Shown here piece by piece: positions 9,765 to 19,463 of a stretch of 20,946 nucleotides of DNA. Position 1 is the first letter of the stretch. Each line of letters begins with the position of its first letter. Under the pieces are notes generated by a model. It ran no database searches. It was not told the origin of the DNA and saw only the letters and a program-made list of their open reading frames with translations. The DNA lies in the NCBI GenBank assembly GCA_044356295.1, contig JBIKWN010000042.1, positions 1 to 20,946 of the forward strand. Reading direction: 5' to 3'. The position numbers and the translations under genes were made by a program. The DNA is from Bdellovibrionota bacterium. GTDB taxonomy: Bacteria; Bdellovibrionota_C; UBA2361; JBIKWN01.

Positions 9765-11243
9765 CTATCCCTTCATCATATCAAGGAACTCTTTATTATC
9801 TTTAGTACCATCCATTTTCTCGAGAATCCATTTAGTAGAATCAAGAGGAGTCATGTCATGAAGCACTCGTCGAAGAGCCCACATTTTCTGCAAATTAGCA
9901 GCAGAAAGAAGCAGGTCTTCTTTTCTAGTACCAGATTTATCAATATCAATTGCAGGATAAATACGCTTCTCAGAGATCTTACGGTCAAGAACAAGCTCCA
10001 TATTTCCTGTTCCTTTGAATTCTTCAAAGATAACTTCATCCATTCTGCTTCCTGTATCAACAAGGGCAGTACCGATAATTGTTAAGCTTCCACCCTCTTC
10101 GATGTTTCTTGCAGCACCAAAAAATCGTTTTGGTTTGTGGAGTGCGTTTGAATCAACACCACCTGAAAGAACCTTACCAGATGCAGGAACAACAGTATTA
10201 TAAGCTCGAGCAAGACGAGTAATTGAATCTAACAAGATCACAACGTCTCGTTTGTGCTCAACAAGTCGCTTAGCTTTTTCAATGACCATCTCTGCTACTT
10301 GTACGTGCCTAGATGCGGGCTCATCAAATGTTGAGCTCACAACCTCGGCCTTAACTGACCGAGACATATCAGTAACTTCTTCTGGTCTTTCATCGATCAA
10401 AAGAACAATAAGAACAACTTCCTTATGATTCTCTACTATTGCATTTGCAATACTTTGCAAAAGAACAGTTTTACCAGTACGAGGAGGAGCAACAATAAGA
10501 GCGCGTTGTCCTTTTCCAATTGGACAGAATAGATCAATGATTCGAGTCGACATTCCGCCTTTTTTGCTATCGAGGTTTAATCTCTCGTTAGGGTGAAGCG
10601 GTGTTAAGTTATCAAAGTGGGTTTTGGTTTTGATAACATCAGGTGAGTCGTAGTTAACTGAACTTACTTTTAGAAGTGCGAAATACCTTTCACCTTCTTT
10701 TTCACGTGGAGGTCGAACCTGCCCTTCAACAACATCACCAGTCTTTAACCCGAACCGTCTTACTTGTGCAGGTGAAACATAAATATCATCTGAACCAGGA
10801 AGATAGTTAAAATCCGGAGAACGTAAGAATCCAAAACCATCAGGAAGGCATTCAAGAACGCCTTCTCCGTATACAGTACCATCAAGGGCTGCGTGCTTGG
10901 TTAAGATTGCAAAAATAAGATCTGAACGACGCATATTACTTGCGTTTTCAATTTCAAATTGTGCAGCAGTTTTTACAAGATCTTCTGGTTTTAAACGTTT
11001 TAATTCATTTAAGTTCATTGGCATTCCAGCCATTGCTCCTGCGCCAAGTGTTGAGGCAGTTGAATCATTAGAAGCTAGACTTGCGGTTTCAACTTCGTCT
11101 TCTTTTTCGAAATCGTCCTGAGCAAAACTAGGCTGCTTGGTATAATTTGAGCCACGTCTTGCTGGGCCACTATTGTGCCCGCCACGACCTTGCGGTTTGC
11201 CACGAAAATTTCGATTCCCTCGAGTACCTGCTTCTGTTGCCAT
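9765..11243 (-). CDS. rho: Transcription termination factor Rho with N-terminal low-complexity extension
   Basis: [46 protein letters not shown] and [11 protein letters not shown] motifs. Confidence 0.99.
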   Translation of the reverse strand: MATEAGTRGNRNFRGKPQGRGGHNSGPARRGSNYTKQPSFAQDDFEKEDEVETASLASNDSTASTLGAGAMAGMPMNLNELKRLKPEDLVKTAAQFEIENASNMRRSDLIFAILTKHAALDGTVYGEGVLECLPDGFGFLRSPDFNYLPGSDDIYVSPAQVRRFGLKTGDVVEGQVRPPREKEGERYFALLKVSSVNYDSPDVIKTKTHFDNLTPLHPNERLNLDSKKGGMSTRIIDLFCPIGKGQRALIVAPPRTGKTVLLQSIANAIVENHKEVVLIVLLIDERPEEVTDMSRSVKAEVVSSTFDEPASRHVQVAEMVIEKAKRLVEHKRDVVILLDSITRLARAYNTVVPASGKVLSGGVDSNALHKPKRFFGAARNIEEGGSLTIIGTALVDTGSRMDEVIFEEFKGTGNMELVLDRKISEKRIYPAIDIDKSGTRKEDLLLSAANLQKMWALRRVLHDMTPLDSTKWILEKMDGTKDNKEFLDMMKG

Positions 11244-11437
11244 ATTTAGTTAATGTAATGTTAGTTAAAAAGATTTTTTAAAAAGGATTTATACCGAAAG
11301 AGCTAAAAGAAGCTTCAAGAGTTACGTTTTATCTTCGGCTGTTTCTTAAGTGATTTATTAGTCAATGACTTTTAAAGACTTGTCTCTAAAAGGCTGGACA
11401 GAGAGAGGGCTTTCCTGGAAGGATTAACCTCTTAGCA

Positions 11438-12133
11438 TCATTTTAGACTAGAATCACTACCCTTTGTCAACGTTTTAATCTGATTTCTTTCCTCAATAGT
11501 CCTCGCTGCTACTTCCCGTAGGTAATACATCTCTAAATCTGCAATCGAATCAGATGTATACTGATTAAGCTGTGAAAAATCGCTAAAAAATAGATCTAAA
11601 ACTCCACTCAAAAAATCTTCAATATCAAGTGAATCTGGTGAGTGCGAATCCTCAAACGCAAAATTAGATGGATAGATCCCTAACGGGTACAGCTCGGTAC
11701 GATCTTTATTGATTGAAAAACCGTACACTTCATCTCTTCTTGCATCAGCAGTTATCGATACCACATTTAAATCAGGATGAGTTTGTAATACTCCACGAGC
11801 GAACACTTCAAGACTTTGAGAAACATATAAAACAGCTGGCTTATGTTGTTTTGCAGCAATACCTGAGAGTAATCCTGATACAAAACTTGCACCGATTCGA
11901 AGACCAGTAAACGAGCCAGGACCACCTCCAAAGAAAATCGAAACAAGGTTCTGTGGCGTACACGCTGCTTTTTCTAATAGATCAGAGACGACGACAGCCA
12001 AATTTTCATTGTGTGAATCTGTAATCTCAATTTTTTTTGAATAAGTAACATTTTGATTCAAAACGAGAGCAACAAATCCAGCACTCGTAGAAGTATCAAT
12101 TGCTAATAACGGATACAGATCGGGACGTGTCAC
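11438..12133 (-). CDS. tsaB: tRNA threonylcarbamoyladenosine biosynthesis protein TsaB
   Basis: LLAIDTST, GPGSFTGLRIG and DARRDEVY motifs. GTG start abuts the rseP stop. Confidence 0.93.
   Translation of the reverse strand: MTRPDLYPLLAIDTSTSAGFVALVLNQNVTYSKKIEITDSHNENLAVVVSDLLEKAACTPQNLVSIFFGGGPGSFTGLRIGASFVSGLLSGIAAKQHKPAVLYVSQSLEVFARGVLQTHPDLNVVSITADARRDEVYGFSINKDRTELYPLGIYPSNFAFEDSHSPDSLDIEDFLSGVLDLFFSDFSQLNQYTSDSIADLEMYYLREVAARTIEERNQIKTLTKGSDSSLK
11440..11470 (-). promoter_or_regulatory. Possible rho promoter inside the 3' end of tsaB
   Basis: TTGACA (11470-11465), 19 nt, TAAAAT (11445-11440). The spacer is longer than optimal. Confidence 0.4.
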
Positions 12134-13243
12134 TTAAAAAAGACCACGAATATCATTTGAAAGCGCATAGAGCATTAAAGCAAGGAGAGCAAACATCCCA
12201 ACACGTGAAGCGTATTCTTGTACACGTAATTCAAGTGGTTTCCCACGAATAGCTTCTATAAGGAAAAATAATAAATGCCCACCATCTAAAATTGGAATCG
12301 GTAATAAGTTAAGAACTGCTAATCCAATGTTTAAGACAATCATGAAATTAAAAGTTTTCTCTAGACCATTAGAGGCACTTTTTGCAGCTTCTTTTATAAT
12401 ACTAATCGGACCACCTAAATTATCAGGCGAGATCATTCCCTGAAATAGTCCCCAAATACTTTTTAAGTTTATATATGAAAGGTACCCAACATAGAGCCCT
12501 GCTTGTGGAAGGCTTTCAAAAAAACCTACTTTTTGTGTTTCTGTTTTTTGCGAAACTCCTATCATGAATGACTTCTTGCCTTCGCCAGAACCCATCAAAT
12601 AGTCAACTTCACCACCTATCTCTTTACTTCTAAGATCGAATGATAATTCTTGACCGTCCCGAAGCACTGTAATCTGTATAGGCCCATCAGCAGAAGCTAA
12701 AACTTGCTCACGAATTTGGGGCCATTTTAAAATCTCAACATTGTTTACTTTCGTAACTTGATCCCCTGACTTAACTCCAGCTAGAGCGGCTGGGTATTTC
12801 TCAATTACCTCTCCAATAACAGTTGAATCTGTTGGCATTGAAACTCCATACTGCACAAGAACTACCACAGCGAGAACATAGGCAAAGATTAAATTGAAAA
12901 GTGGGCCGGCAAATACTGTTGCCGCGCGCGCATACACAGGTTTATTGATAAACCAGCCTTGCTTATGATCTAGATGGTGTACTTCATGTGGCTCGAGAAT
13001 ATCAGATGAATCGGTTTGATCTTTTACAGCTTCTTGTGTTTCGCCTGCCATTTTCACGTATCCACCAAGAGGAATGACACGTATTGAGTACCTTGTATTC
13101 TTCCAAACAGTTGTTAACAGTTTAGGTCCAAAACCAACTGCAAACTCAACAACACCGACACCAAAAAACTTTGCCACTAAAAAATGACCAAGTTCGTGAA
13201 AAAAGATTAGTGCCCCAAGAATAAAAATCGCTAGCAAACTCAT
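12134..13243 (-). CDS. rseP: RIP metalloprotease RseP (M50 family, PDZ domain)
   Basis: HELGH zinc motif, IPLGGYVKM, AGPLFN, PDZ-like segment and NLLPIPILDGGH. Confidence 0.97.
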   Translation of the reverse strand: MSLLAIFILGALIFFHELGHFLVAKFFGVGVVEFAVGFGPKLLTTVWKNTRYSIRVIPLGGYVKMAGETQEAVKDQTDSSDILEPHEVHHLDHKQGWFINKPVYARAATVFAGPLFNLIFAYVLAVVVLVQYGVSMPTDSTVIGEVIEKYPAALAGVKSGDQVTKVNNVEILKWPQIREQVLASADGPIQITVLRDGQELSFDLRSKEIGGEVDYLMGSGEGKKSFMIGVSQKTETQKVGFFESLPQAGLYVGYLSYINLKSIWGLFQGMISPDNLGGPISIIKEAAKSASNGLEKTFNFMIVLNIGLAVLNLLPIPILDGGHLLFFLIEAIRGKPLELRVQEYASRVGMFALLALMLYALSNDIRGLF

Positions 13244-14451
13244 ATTAAACCGTACTTTACCCTATTATCTAATTCTACAACATCATCAATTGTAGATATA
13301 TTTTCACCACAAAATCGTTCTAAAACACCTGATATAAATGAGGAAATCTGAATCCATGTGAGATCTCCCTTCAAGAATCGAGATACTGCTACTTCGTCAG
13401 CTGCATTTAAAACCACTCCATCACCAGTTGAACCAGAAAAAACTTTTTCTGCAAACGTAATACATGGAAATTTATCCGTATCGACTTTATGAAAATGAAG
13501 TGACCCAATCGATACAAGATCAAGAGGTTTCATCACAGACTGCAGCCTTGAATCGGGAAACGACAAAGCAAATCCTATCGCACCTTTCATATCAGGGACA
13601 GAGCACTGGAAAATTTGCGTACCGTCATAGTATTCAACCGAGCTATGAACAATACTCTCGGGATGTATTACAACTTGAAGCTGTTCTTTTTTGGCGCTAA
13701 ACAGCCAATACGCTTCAATAAGCTCAAGACACTTATTAAAGAGCGTTGAGGAATCGATTGTAACTTTTGCACCCATAGTCCATCGGGGATGTTTAAGAGC
13801 TTGCTCTTTTGTAATCAAAGCCAATTCAGAAACTGATGTATTTAGAAATGGTCCACCTGAAGCAGTTAAAATGAAATTTTTAATATCGCTGCGATGATTA
13901 CCTATAAGTGCCTGCCACAGGGCACTATGCTCACTATCGACAGGCAGAAATTGTGCACCTGTTTTTTCTGCTAGCGCAGAAAGGATTGCGCCGGCACAAA
14001 CCATAGATTCTTTATTTGCAAGTGCAATTTTTTTTCCTCGAAGTGTTGCTTCGTATACAGATGGTAACCCAGAAACTCCAACGATACCTGCCACCATAAC
14101 GTCATAATCAACAAATCGAGCAGCTTCAATAACACCCTCTCGCCCAAATCGAACTTCTATTTCTGGATGAATTTTTATAGCTTCAGCGGTAAATTCAGAA
14201 TCAGTAAGACCATCTTGTTGAACAGTAAGTGCTGCAACCACAACCGAGGGACGAAGAAGTTTTATCTGCTCTAATAAAAGCTTTCGATTTCCACCGCCCA
14301 CTAAACAAATAGTCTGAAAACGCTCAGGAAAATTTTTGAGTATCTCAATAGTAGAGGTTCCAATTGATCCTGTTGAACCAAAGACTGCAATTTTTTTTCT
14401 ACTAGTATCCTTCGATTGATTCGAATCAAGTGATAAAGGTATCAAGCTCAT
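13240..14451 (-). CDS. dxr: 1-deoxy-D-xylulose 5-phosphate reductoisomerase
   Basis: GSTGSIG, LANKES, PVDSEHSA, LTASGGPF and HPRWTMGAKVTIDS motifs. Confidence 0.98.
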   Translation of the reverse strand: MSLIPLSLDSNQSKDTSRKKIAVFGSTGSIGTSTIEILKNFPERFQTICLVGGGNRKLLLEQIKLLRPSVVVAALTVQQDGLTDSEFTAEAIKIHPEIEVRFGREGVIEAARFVDYDVMVAGIVGVSGLPSVYEATLRGKKIALANKESMVCAGAILSALAEKTGAQFLPVDSEHSALWQALIGNHRSDIKNFILTASGGPFLNTSVSELALITKEQALKHPRWTMGAKVTIDSSTLFNKCLELIEAYWLFSAKKEQLQVVIHPESIVHSSVEYYDGTQIFQCSVPDMKGAIGFALSFPDSRLQSVMKPLDLVSIGSLHFHKVDTDKFPCITFAEKVFSGSTGDGVVLNAADEVAVSRFLKGDLTWIQISSFISGVLERFCGENISTIDDVVELDNRVKYGLI

Positions 14452-14455
14452 AGCA

Positions 14456-15334
14456 TTACATCGATAAAAAAATCAAGATAGCTTGAAGTCCGACTGAGCC
14501 TCCAAGTATTCCATCCATCCTATCAAGAAATCCTCCGTGCCCTGGAAGTAAGGTACCGCTGTCTTTTACATTTGCAATTCTTTTAATAAAACTTTTTGTA
14601 AGATCAAATAACTGCCCGAACATTCCAATAAATAAACATGAAAGAAGTATTGGAACAGGAATAGTTATATTAGAAAAATAAGGAATTAAATAACCAGCAA
14701 TAACCCCAAGCAAAAGTCCACCAATCGATCCTTCAATCGATTTACCTGGAGAAATAAAAACTGATAATTTATGTTTACCAAAAAGCTTTCCTATAAAATA
14801 AGCACCAATATCATTTGCCGCAACAATTCCGATAATCCAGAAAAGAAGAAAATGTGATTGCAGTAATGCAAAACCAAGTAAGCTTGCTCCACCAAATCCT
14901 AAAATAACAGCACCTATTAACAGCTCAACAGTACGCTTCGAAGCCTCTTCAAGTGAAACCCTTCCAGCTGATGCTATATGTGCAATTCCAAAAAATAACC
15001 CGATAACACCAAGGGCAAAAATAAGTGATGCCTGTTGAGAAAGGGAAAGGTCTGGACGATAAAAGTGAAAAATAAATAAAACTAAGCTGGGTAAAAACGT
15101 AACGACGCCGTTCATAATACGATTTTGCAACAAGCGTGTATGACCACGACAAAGAGAATCGTATTCATAAACACAGATCCCAATAAACAGCAGAGCTAAG
15201 AGTGGAAAAAGATTTTGAAACGACAATCCAAAATATGATCCAGATGGAATTTCAGAGAAAATTTCTGCAGCGATGATAAAACCGATAAGAAGTGCTGCAG
15301 TAGTCGTTCGGGTAGCAAGATCGGCAAATTTCAT
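14456..15334 (-). CDS. cdsA: Phosphatidate cytidylyltransferase
   Basis: Polytopic membrane protein with DIGAYFIGK, ISPGKSIEG and SFIKRIANVKDSGTLLPGHGGFLDRMD. Confidence 0.96.
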   Translation of the reverse strand: MKFADLATRTTTAALLIGFIIAAEIFSEIPSGSYFGLSFQNLFPLLALLFIGICVYEYDSLCRGHTRLLQNRIMNGVVTFLPSLVLFIFHFYRPDLSLSQQASLIFALGVIGLFFGIAHIASAGRVSLEEASKRTVELLIGAVILGFGGASLLGFALLQSHFLLFWIIGIVAANDIGAYFIGKLFGKHKLSVFISPGKSIEGSIGGLLLGVIAGYLIPYFSNITIPVPILLSCLFIGMFGQLFDLTKSFIKRIANVKDSGTLLPGHGGFLDRMDGILGGSVGLQAILIFLSM

Positions 15335-16125
15335 GCAACATTACTCTTTTTATTTTCCAAAACTTGCTCTGCGGTTAAACCAAACCGCCTCTCTCGTTTT
15401 GAATATACTTCAAAGGAATGAAAAAGCTCTGTCTCTGAAAAATCTGGCCAAAGCACAGGAGTAACATAGATCTCGGCATATGCAATTTGCCAAAGAAGAA
15501 AATTAGATACTCTAAACTCATTACTGGTGCGGATAAGTAGATCAACCGGTGGCAGATCCGATCCATATAAATATTTAGAAAAACCTTCTGTCGTTAATTC
15601 ATCAACTTGGAATTTCCCTTCAAGGCATTCTTTTGCAAAATTTTTAGCAGCGTATACTAGCTCTTCCTGACTACCATAGGATACGGCAATAACAAACTGC
15701 ATCGCAGAATTCCCAGCAGTTAATGATTCTGCTTTATTCAGAGCATTCAGAACACCAGGACTTAATTTAGATCTATCACCAATTGCACGCAGGCGAACGT
15801 TATGTTTCAAAAACAGTTCAAGCTCATCTGAAAGATATCTTTCAAAAAGTTTCATCAGCGCTGAAACTTCATCTGCTGGTCGATTCCAGTTCTCACTAGA
15901 AAAGGCATACACTGTAAGAACATTGACGCCTGCTTTAAGGCAGCTTTCAACCATTCGTCGGACTGTTTTTGCACCTGCTCGGTGCCCTTCGACTCGAGGT
16001 AGATTTTTTGAACGAGCCCATCGCCCATTTCCATCCATTATCATAGCTACATGGTGAGGAACGCGATCAGGAACTGTGCTCTCTGACTGAGCCTTAGCTT
16101 TATTTCCAAATAAGGCTCTGAGCAT
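15331..16125 (-). CDS. uppS: Undecaprenyl diphosphate synthase
   Basis: HVAMIMDGNGRWA, YAFSSENWNRP, DLLIRTS, SNFLLWQIAYAE and RERRFG motifs. Confidence 0.98.
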   Translation of the reverse strand: MLRALFGNKAKAQSESTVPDRVPHHVAMIMDGNGRWARSKNLPRVEGHRAGAKTVRRMVESCLKAGVNVLTVYAFSSENWNRPADEVSALMKLFERYLSDELELFLKHNVRLRAIGDRSKLSPGVLNALNKAESLTAGNSAMQFVIAVSYGSQEELVYAAKNFAKECLEGKFQVDELTTEGFSKYLYGSDLPPVDLLIRTSNEFRVSNFLLWQIAYAEIYVTPVLWPDFSETELFHSFEVYSKRERRFGLTAEQVLENKKSNVA

Positions 16126-16134
16126 AGAAGTGTA

Positions 16135-16689
16135 TCAAACCTCCATCATCTCTTTTTCTTTTGACGCGAGGTGAACATCAATTTCAGCGATATATTTATC
16201 TGTAATTTTTTGAATATTTTCCTGACCTTTGCGAAGATCATCTTCAGAAACATCACCGTTTTTTTGTTGCTTTTTTAAACCATCAATCGCATCACGTCGT
16301 AGGTTTCGAATCACAACTTTTCCATCTTCAGACATCTTATGAAGTTTTTTAATTAGATCTTTTCGTCTATCTTCAGTAAGTGTTGGAACAGGAATACGAA
16401 TAAGCGATCCATCTCGCTGTGGATTTAAACCTAAATCAGCATGCTTAATAGCTTTTTCAGCTGCTTCAACTGCACCACCATCGTATATTTGAACAGTTAT
16501 AAGGCGCGGTTCAGGAGTATTAATCATTCCTAATGTTTTTAGTTGTACAGAAGAGCCGTAGTAATCAACATAAACAACATCAAGCATAGAAGCAGATGCA
16601 CGACCTGTCCGAAGTTTCCCCAGATCTTGTTTAAAGTGATCGATTGATGCTTTACATTTTTGTTCAAATTCAGCGAAATTTTGTGCCAT
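16135..16689 (-). CDS. frr: Ribosome recycling factor
   Basis: LRTGRA, DYYG, LGLNP, LTEDRRKDL, IRNLRRD motifs and KEKEMMEV C-terminus. Confidence 0.99.
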   Translation of the reverse strand: MAQNFAEFEQKCKASIDHFKQDLGKLRTGRASASMLDVVYVDYYGSSVQLKTLGMINTPEPRLITVQIYDGGAVEAAEKAIKHADLGLNPQRDGSLIRIPVPTLTEDRRKDLIKKLHKMSEDGKVVIRNLRRDAIDGLKKQQKNGDVSEDDLRKGQENIQKITDKYIAEIDVHLASKEKEMMEV

Positions 16690-16701
16690 GTAAACCTTAT
16701 A

Positions 16702-17406
16702 TTATTTAACGATTGTTCCTACAGTTTCACCCATTACAATCTTTTCAAGATTACCCTGAGTTCCTATATCAAAAACAATAATTGGAAGCTGGTTATCCAT
16801 ACAAAGGGATATGGCAGCCGCATCCATTACTTTTAACTCTTCTTTTAGTACATCCATGAAGGTTAAAGAAGTATAACGTTTTGCGTCAGTGTGTTTCTTA
16901 GGATCTTTATCATAGACACCGTCTACTTTTGTTCCCTTAAGAACCGCCTCAGCACCGATCTCCATTGCTCTCAAACTTGCAGCAGTATCGGTTGTAAAAT
17001 AGGGATTTCCAGTACCAGCAGCAAAGATAACAACTCGATTTTTTTCTAAGTGACGAGTCGCCCTCCTTCGAACATACGGCTCAGAAATCTGGCGCATTTC
17101 TATACCAGACATGACACGGGTATCAATCCCCGCTTTTTCCATGCAATCTTGAAGTGCAAGTGCATTCATAGCAGTAGCAAGCATTCCAACGTAATCGGCC
17201 GAGGCTCTATCCATTCCTTCAGCACCCAATTGAACACCGCGAAAGATATTACCTCCGCCAATTACGATTCCTAGCTGCACTCCTCGGACGTATACCGACT
17301 TAATCTCTGCTACTAATTTATTAATAGTTGCAGGGTCGATACCGAAACCTTTCTCACCAGCAAGAATCTCGCCGCTGAGTTTCAAAAGAAGTCTTTTATA
17401 CTTCAT
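16702..17406 (-). CDS. pyrH: Uridylate kinase
   Basis: [27 protein letters not shown] and [10 protein letters not shown] motifs. Confidence 0.99.
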   Translation of the reverse strand: MKYKRLLLKLSGEILAGEKGFGIDPATINKLVAEIKSVYVRGVQLGIVIGGGNIFRGVQLGAEGMDRASADYVGMLATAMNALALQDCMEKAGIDTRVMSGIEMRQISEPYVRRRATRHLEKNRVVIFAAGTGNPYFTTDTAASLRAMEIGAEAVLKGTKVDGVYDKDPKKHTDAKRYTSLTFMDVLKEELKVMDAAAISLCMDNQLPIIVFDIGTQGNLEKIVMGETVGTIVK

Positions 17407-17424
17407 GAATCCTTTATTAAAATA

Positions 17425-18081
17425 TTAAGCAGCAGAAAGTGTCGCTGCAACTTCATCAGCTAAGTTTGTTTGAGCTTTTTCAATGCCTTCTCCAACTTCA
17501 AATCTTTCAAAACGACGTACTTGAACTTTCTCACCACATTTTACAGAAAGATTATCGACCATCTGTTTAATTGTAAGTTTTCCAGAGTCATCACGTACGA
17601 ATGGTTGATCCATCAGACAGACATCTTCGAAATACTTAGCAACTTTCCCTTCAAGGATCTTATCTGCATTTTTCTTTTGAGCATCATTTAATTGATCAAG
17701 GAAAATCTCTTTTTCTTTTTCAATTAATGCTGCAGGAACTTCTTCTCTAGTTATGAACTTAGGTTTCATTGCTGCAACATGAAGTGCGATGTTTTTAGCT
17801 GCTTCTTGGAACTCTTCTCCACGTGCAACAAAATCTGTCTCACAGTTTAACTCAACGATTGAAACAACTTGTCCACCGGCATGAATGTAAACACCAATCG
17901 TGCCTTCAGCAGCAGTTTTACCTGCACGCTTTCCAACATCTTTGAGTCCTTTTTTACGAAGAACTTCAATTGCTGCATTGATATCGCCATTTGCTTCTTT
18001 CAATGCCGATTTACAATCCATCATCCCCGCACCAGTTTGCTCGCGAAGGTTTTTTACTAACTCTGCTGATATTTCAGCCAT
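17425..18081 (-). CDS. tsf: Elongation factor Ts (short form, 218 aa)
   Basis: True start MAEISAELVKNLREQTGAGMMDCK at ATG 18081, with GGAG at 18090-18087; ELNCETDFVA motif. The track's 18201 start overlaps rpsB. Confidence 0.97.
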   Translation of the reverse strand: MAEISAELVKNLREQTGAGMMDCKSALKEANGDINAAIEVLRKKGLKDVGKRAGKTAAEGTIGVYIHAGGQVVSIVELNCETDFVARGEEFQEAAKNIALHVAAMKPKFITREEVPAALIEKEKEIFLDQLNDAQKKNADKILEGKVAKYFEDVCLMDQPFVRDDSGKLTIKQMVDNLSVKCGEKVQVRRFERFEVGEGIEKAQTNLADEVAATLSAA

Positions 18082-18127
18082 GATAACTCCTAAAATATTT
18101 TTAATTTTAACGTTTCGTATTTGACTC

Positions 18128-18985
18128 TTAAGCAGAAGCTTTTGAATCGTTATGAGATCTTCTTCCACGACGTGGAGCACTATCGGTAACAACACCAGCA
18201 CCCTGGTCTTGCATAATCATCCCACGAGGAACACGCGCTTTGTAGATCTCAGCACCTTCCAATACTGCATCTGCAACTGCTGCCGAGAAAAGCTCAACAG
18301 TTTTTGAAGCATCATCATTCGATGGAATTGGAAAATCGACAGTCTCTGGATTTACGTTAGAGTCAACTAATGCAACCACAGGAATGTGAAGTCTTTTTGC
18401 TTCATTAACAGAGAGATCTTCTTTATTAATATCTACTACGAAAAGAACATCAGGTGTTTTTTTCATATGACGAATACCACCGATGTTCGCATTGAGTTTA
18501 TCAATTTGACGGGTAATATTTAATTTCTCTTTTTTACTTAAACGAACTTTGCTGCCTTCAGTTTCTGCTGCTGCAAGAAGCTCTTCAAGTTTAGTCATTC
18601 TTTGAATAGATTTTTTGATTGTTTGGAAGTTTGTTAACGTTCCACCAAGCCAACGAGTAGTAACAAAGTAGCTATTGCTTCGCTCTGCTTCTCTTTTAAT
18701 AATCTCTCGGCTTTGCGCTTTTGTTCCAACAAAAAGGCAGCTTCCACCAAGACTTACTCTATCAACGATAAATTTACGTGCGATCTCCCACTTACGCATA
18801 GTGTGATCGAGGTTAAGGATATGGACTCCATTTCTCTCACCAAAAATAAACGGTAGCATTTTTGGGTTCCATCGTTCAGTTTGGTGACCAAAATGTGCTC
18901 CAGCATCAAGAAGAGTCTTAACACTTACTTGCGTATCACTCTTTTGTCCAACGGCAAGCGTTGACAACTCAGTTGTTTGTTCCAT
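18128..18985 (-). CDS. rpsB: 30S ribosomal protein S2
   Basis: AGAHFGHQTERWNPKM, FVGTK, RWLGGTLTNF and PIPSNDDA motifs. Confidence 0.99.
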   Translation of the reverse strand: MEQTTELSTLAVGQKSDTQVSVKTLLDAGAHFGHQTERWNPKMLPFIFGERNGVHILNLDHTMRKWEIARKFIVDRVSLGGSCLFVGTKAQSREIIKREAERSNSYFVTTRWLGGTLTNFQTIKKSIQRMTKLEELLAAAETEGSKVRLSKKEKLNITRQIDKLNANIGGIRHMKKTPDVLFVVDINKEDLSVNEAKRLHIPVVALVDSNVNPETVDFPIPSNDDASKTVELFSAAVADAVLEGAEIYKARVPRGMIMQDQGAGVVTDSAPRRGRRSHNDSKASA

Positions 18986-19004
18986 TTTTTATTCTCTTTT
19001 CAGT

Positions 19005-19103
19005 TATCTTGGTTATGCCTCCCCACTACCTCTTTGAAAAACTTTTCTCTGACTTTCATCAGATAAAGCCCACCAAGATTTTTAAACAAGAAGAGTGGGT
19101 GTG
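19005..19103 (-). ncRNA. t44 / rpsB leader RNA (S2 autoregulatory element)
   Basis: Opens CACACCCAC and ends GUGGGGAGGCAUAACC, like the E. coli rpsB leader (CACAC...GUGGAGGCAUAACC). Complementary pair AUCUUGGU (19079-19072) / ACCAAGAU (19013-19006). Confidence 0.85.
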
Positions 19104-19115
19104 AATTTGTGTTGG

Positions 19116-19144
19116 ATAATAGTCCAAATATATATTTTTATCAA
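19116..19144 (-). promoter_or_regulatory. Sigma70 promoter of the rpsB-tsf operon
   Basis: TTGATA (19144-19139), 17 nt, TATTAT (19121-19116), immediately upstream of the t44 element. Confidence 0.75.
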
Positions 19145-19463
19145 TATTACCAATGGATTGTCTGTATCCTACTAAAAAATAAAGGGATTTTTTGTCTTTG
19201 AGGAGTTTGGGAAGTAATTAACCCTGAACGTAGTTTTTTCGAAGTTATTTTTTGAGGCCTTTCCGGAATGTAAATATTTGTTGTTGCTCACAACAATTGG
19301 TAATGACGTTATATTGTTTCTGAATACTTCAAATTAACTTATTGCAGATTGATGTTGTAATAATTGATATGGTTTTATACGCCCACGACTCCATAAGGAA
19401 GTACTGCTTTTTGGCTTACCTAAAACTTATAATCATCAATTTTTAAATTAAACCACAAAATCA

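Noticed and set aside
18082..18201. 40-aa N-terminal extension of EF-Ts in the ORF track
   Set aside because: It overlaps rpsB; the conserved start and SD are at 18081.
19145..19463. Sigma54 (-24/-12) promoter or small ORF upstream of the collagen-like gene
   Set aside because: No TGGCAC-N5-TTGC match seen. There is only a TATAAT at 19428-19433 with a poor -35, and a 25-codon ORF without support.
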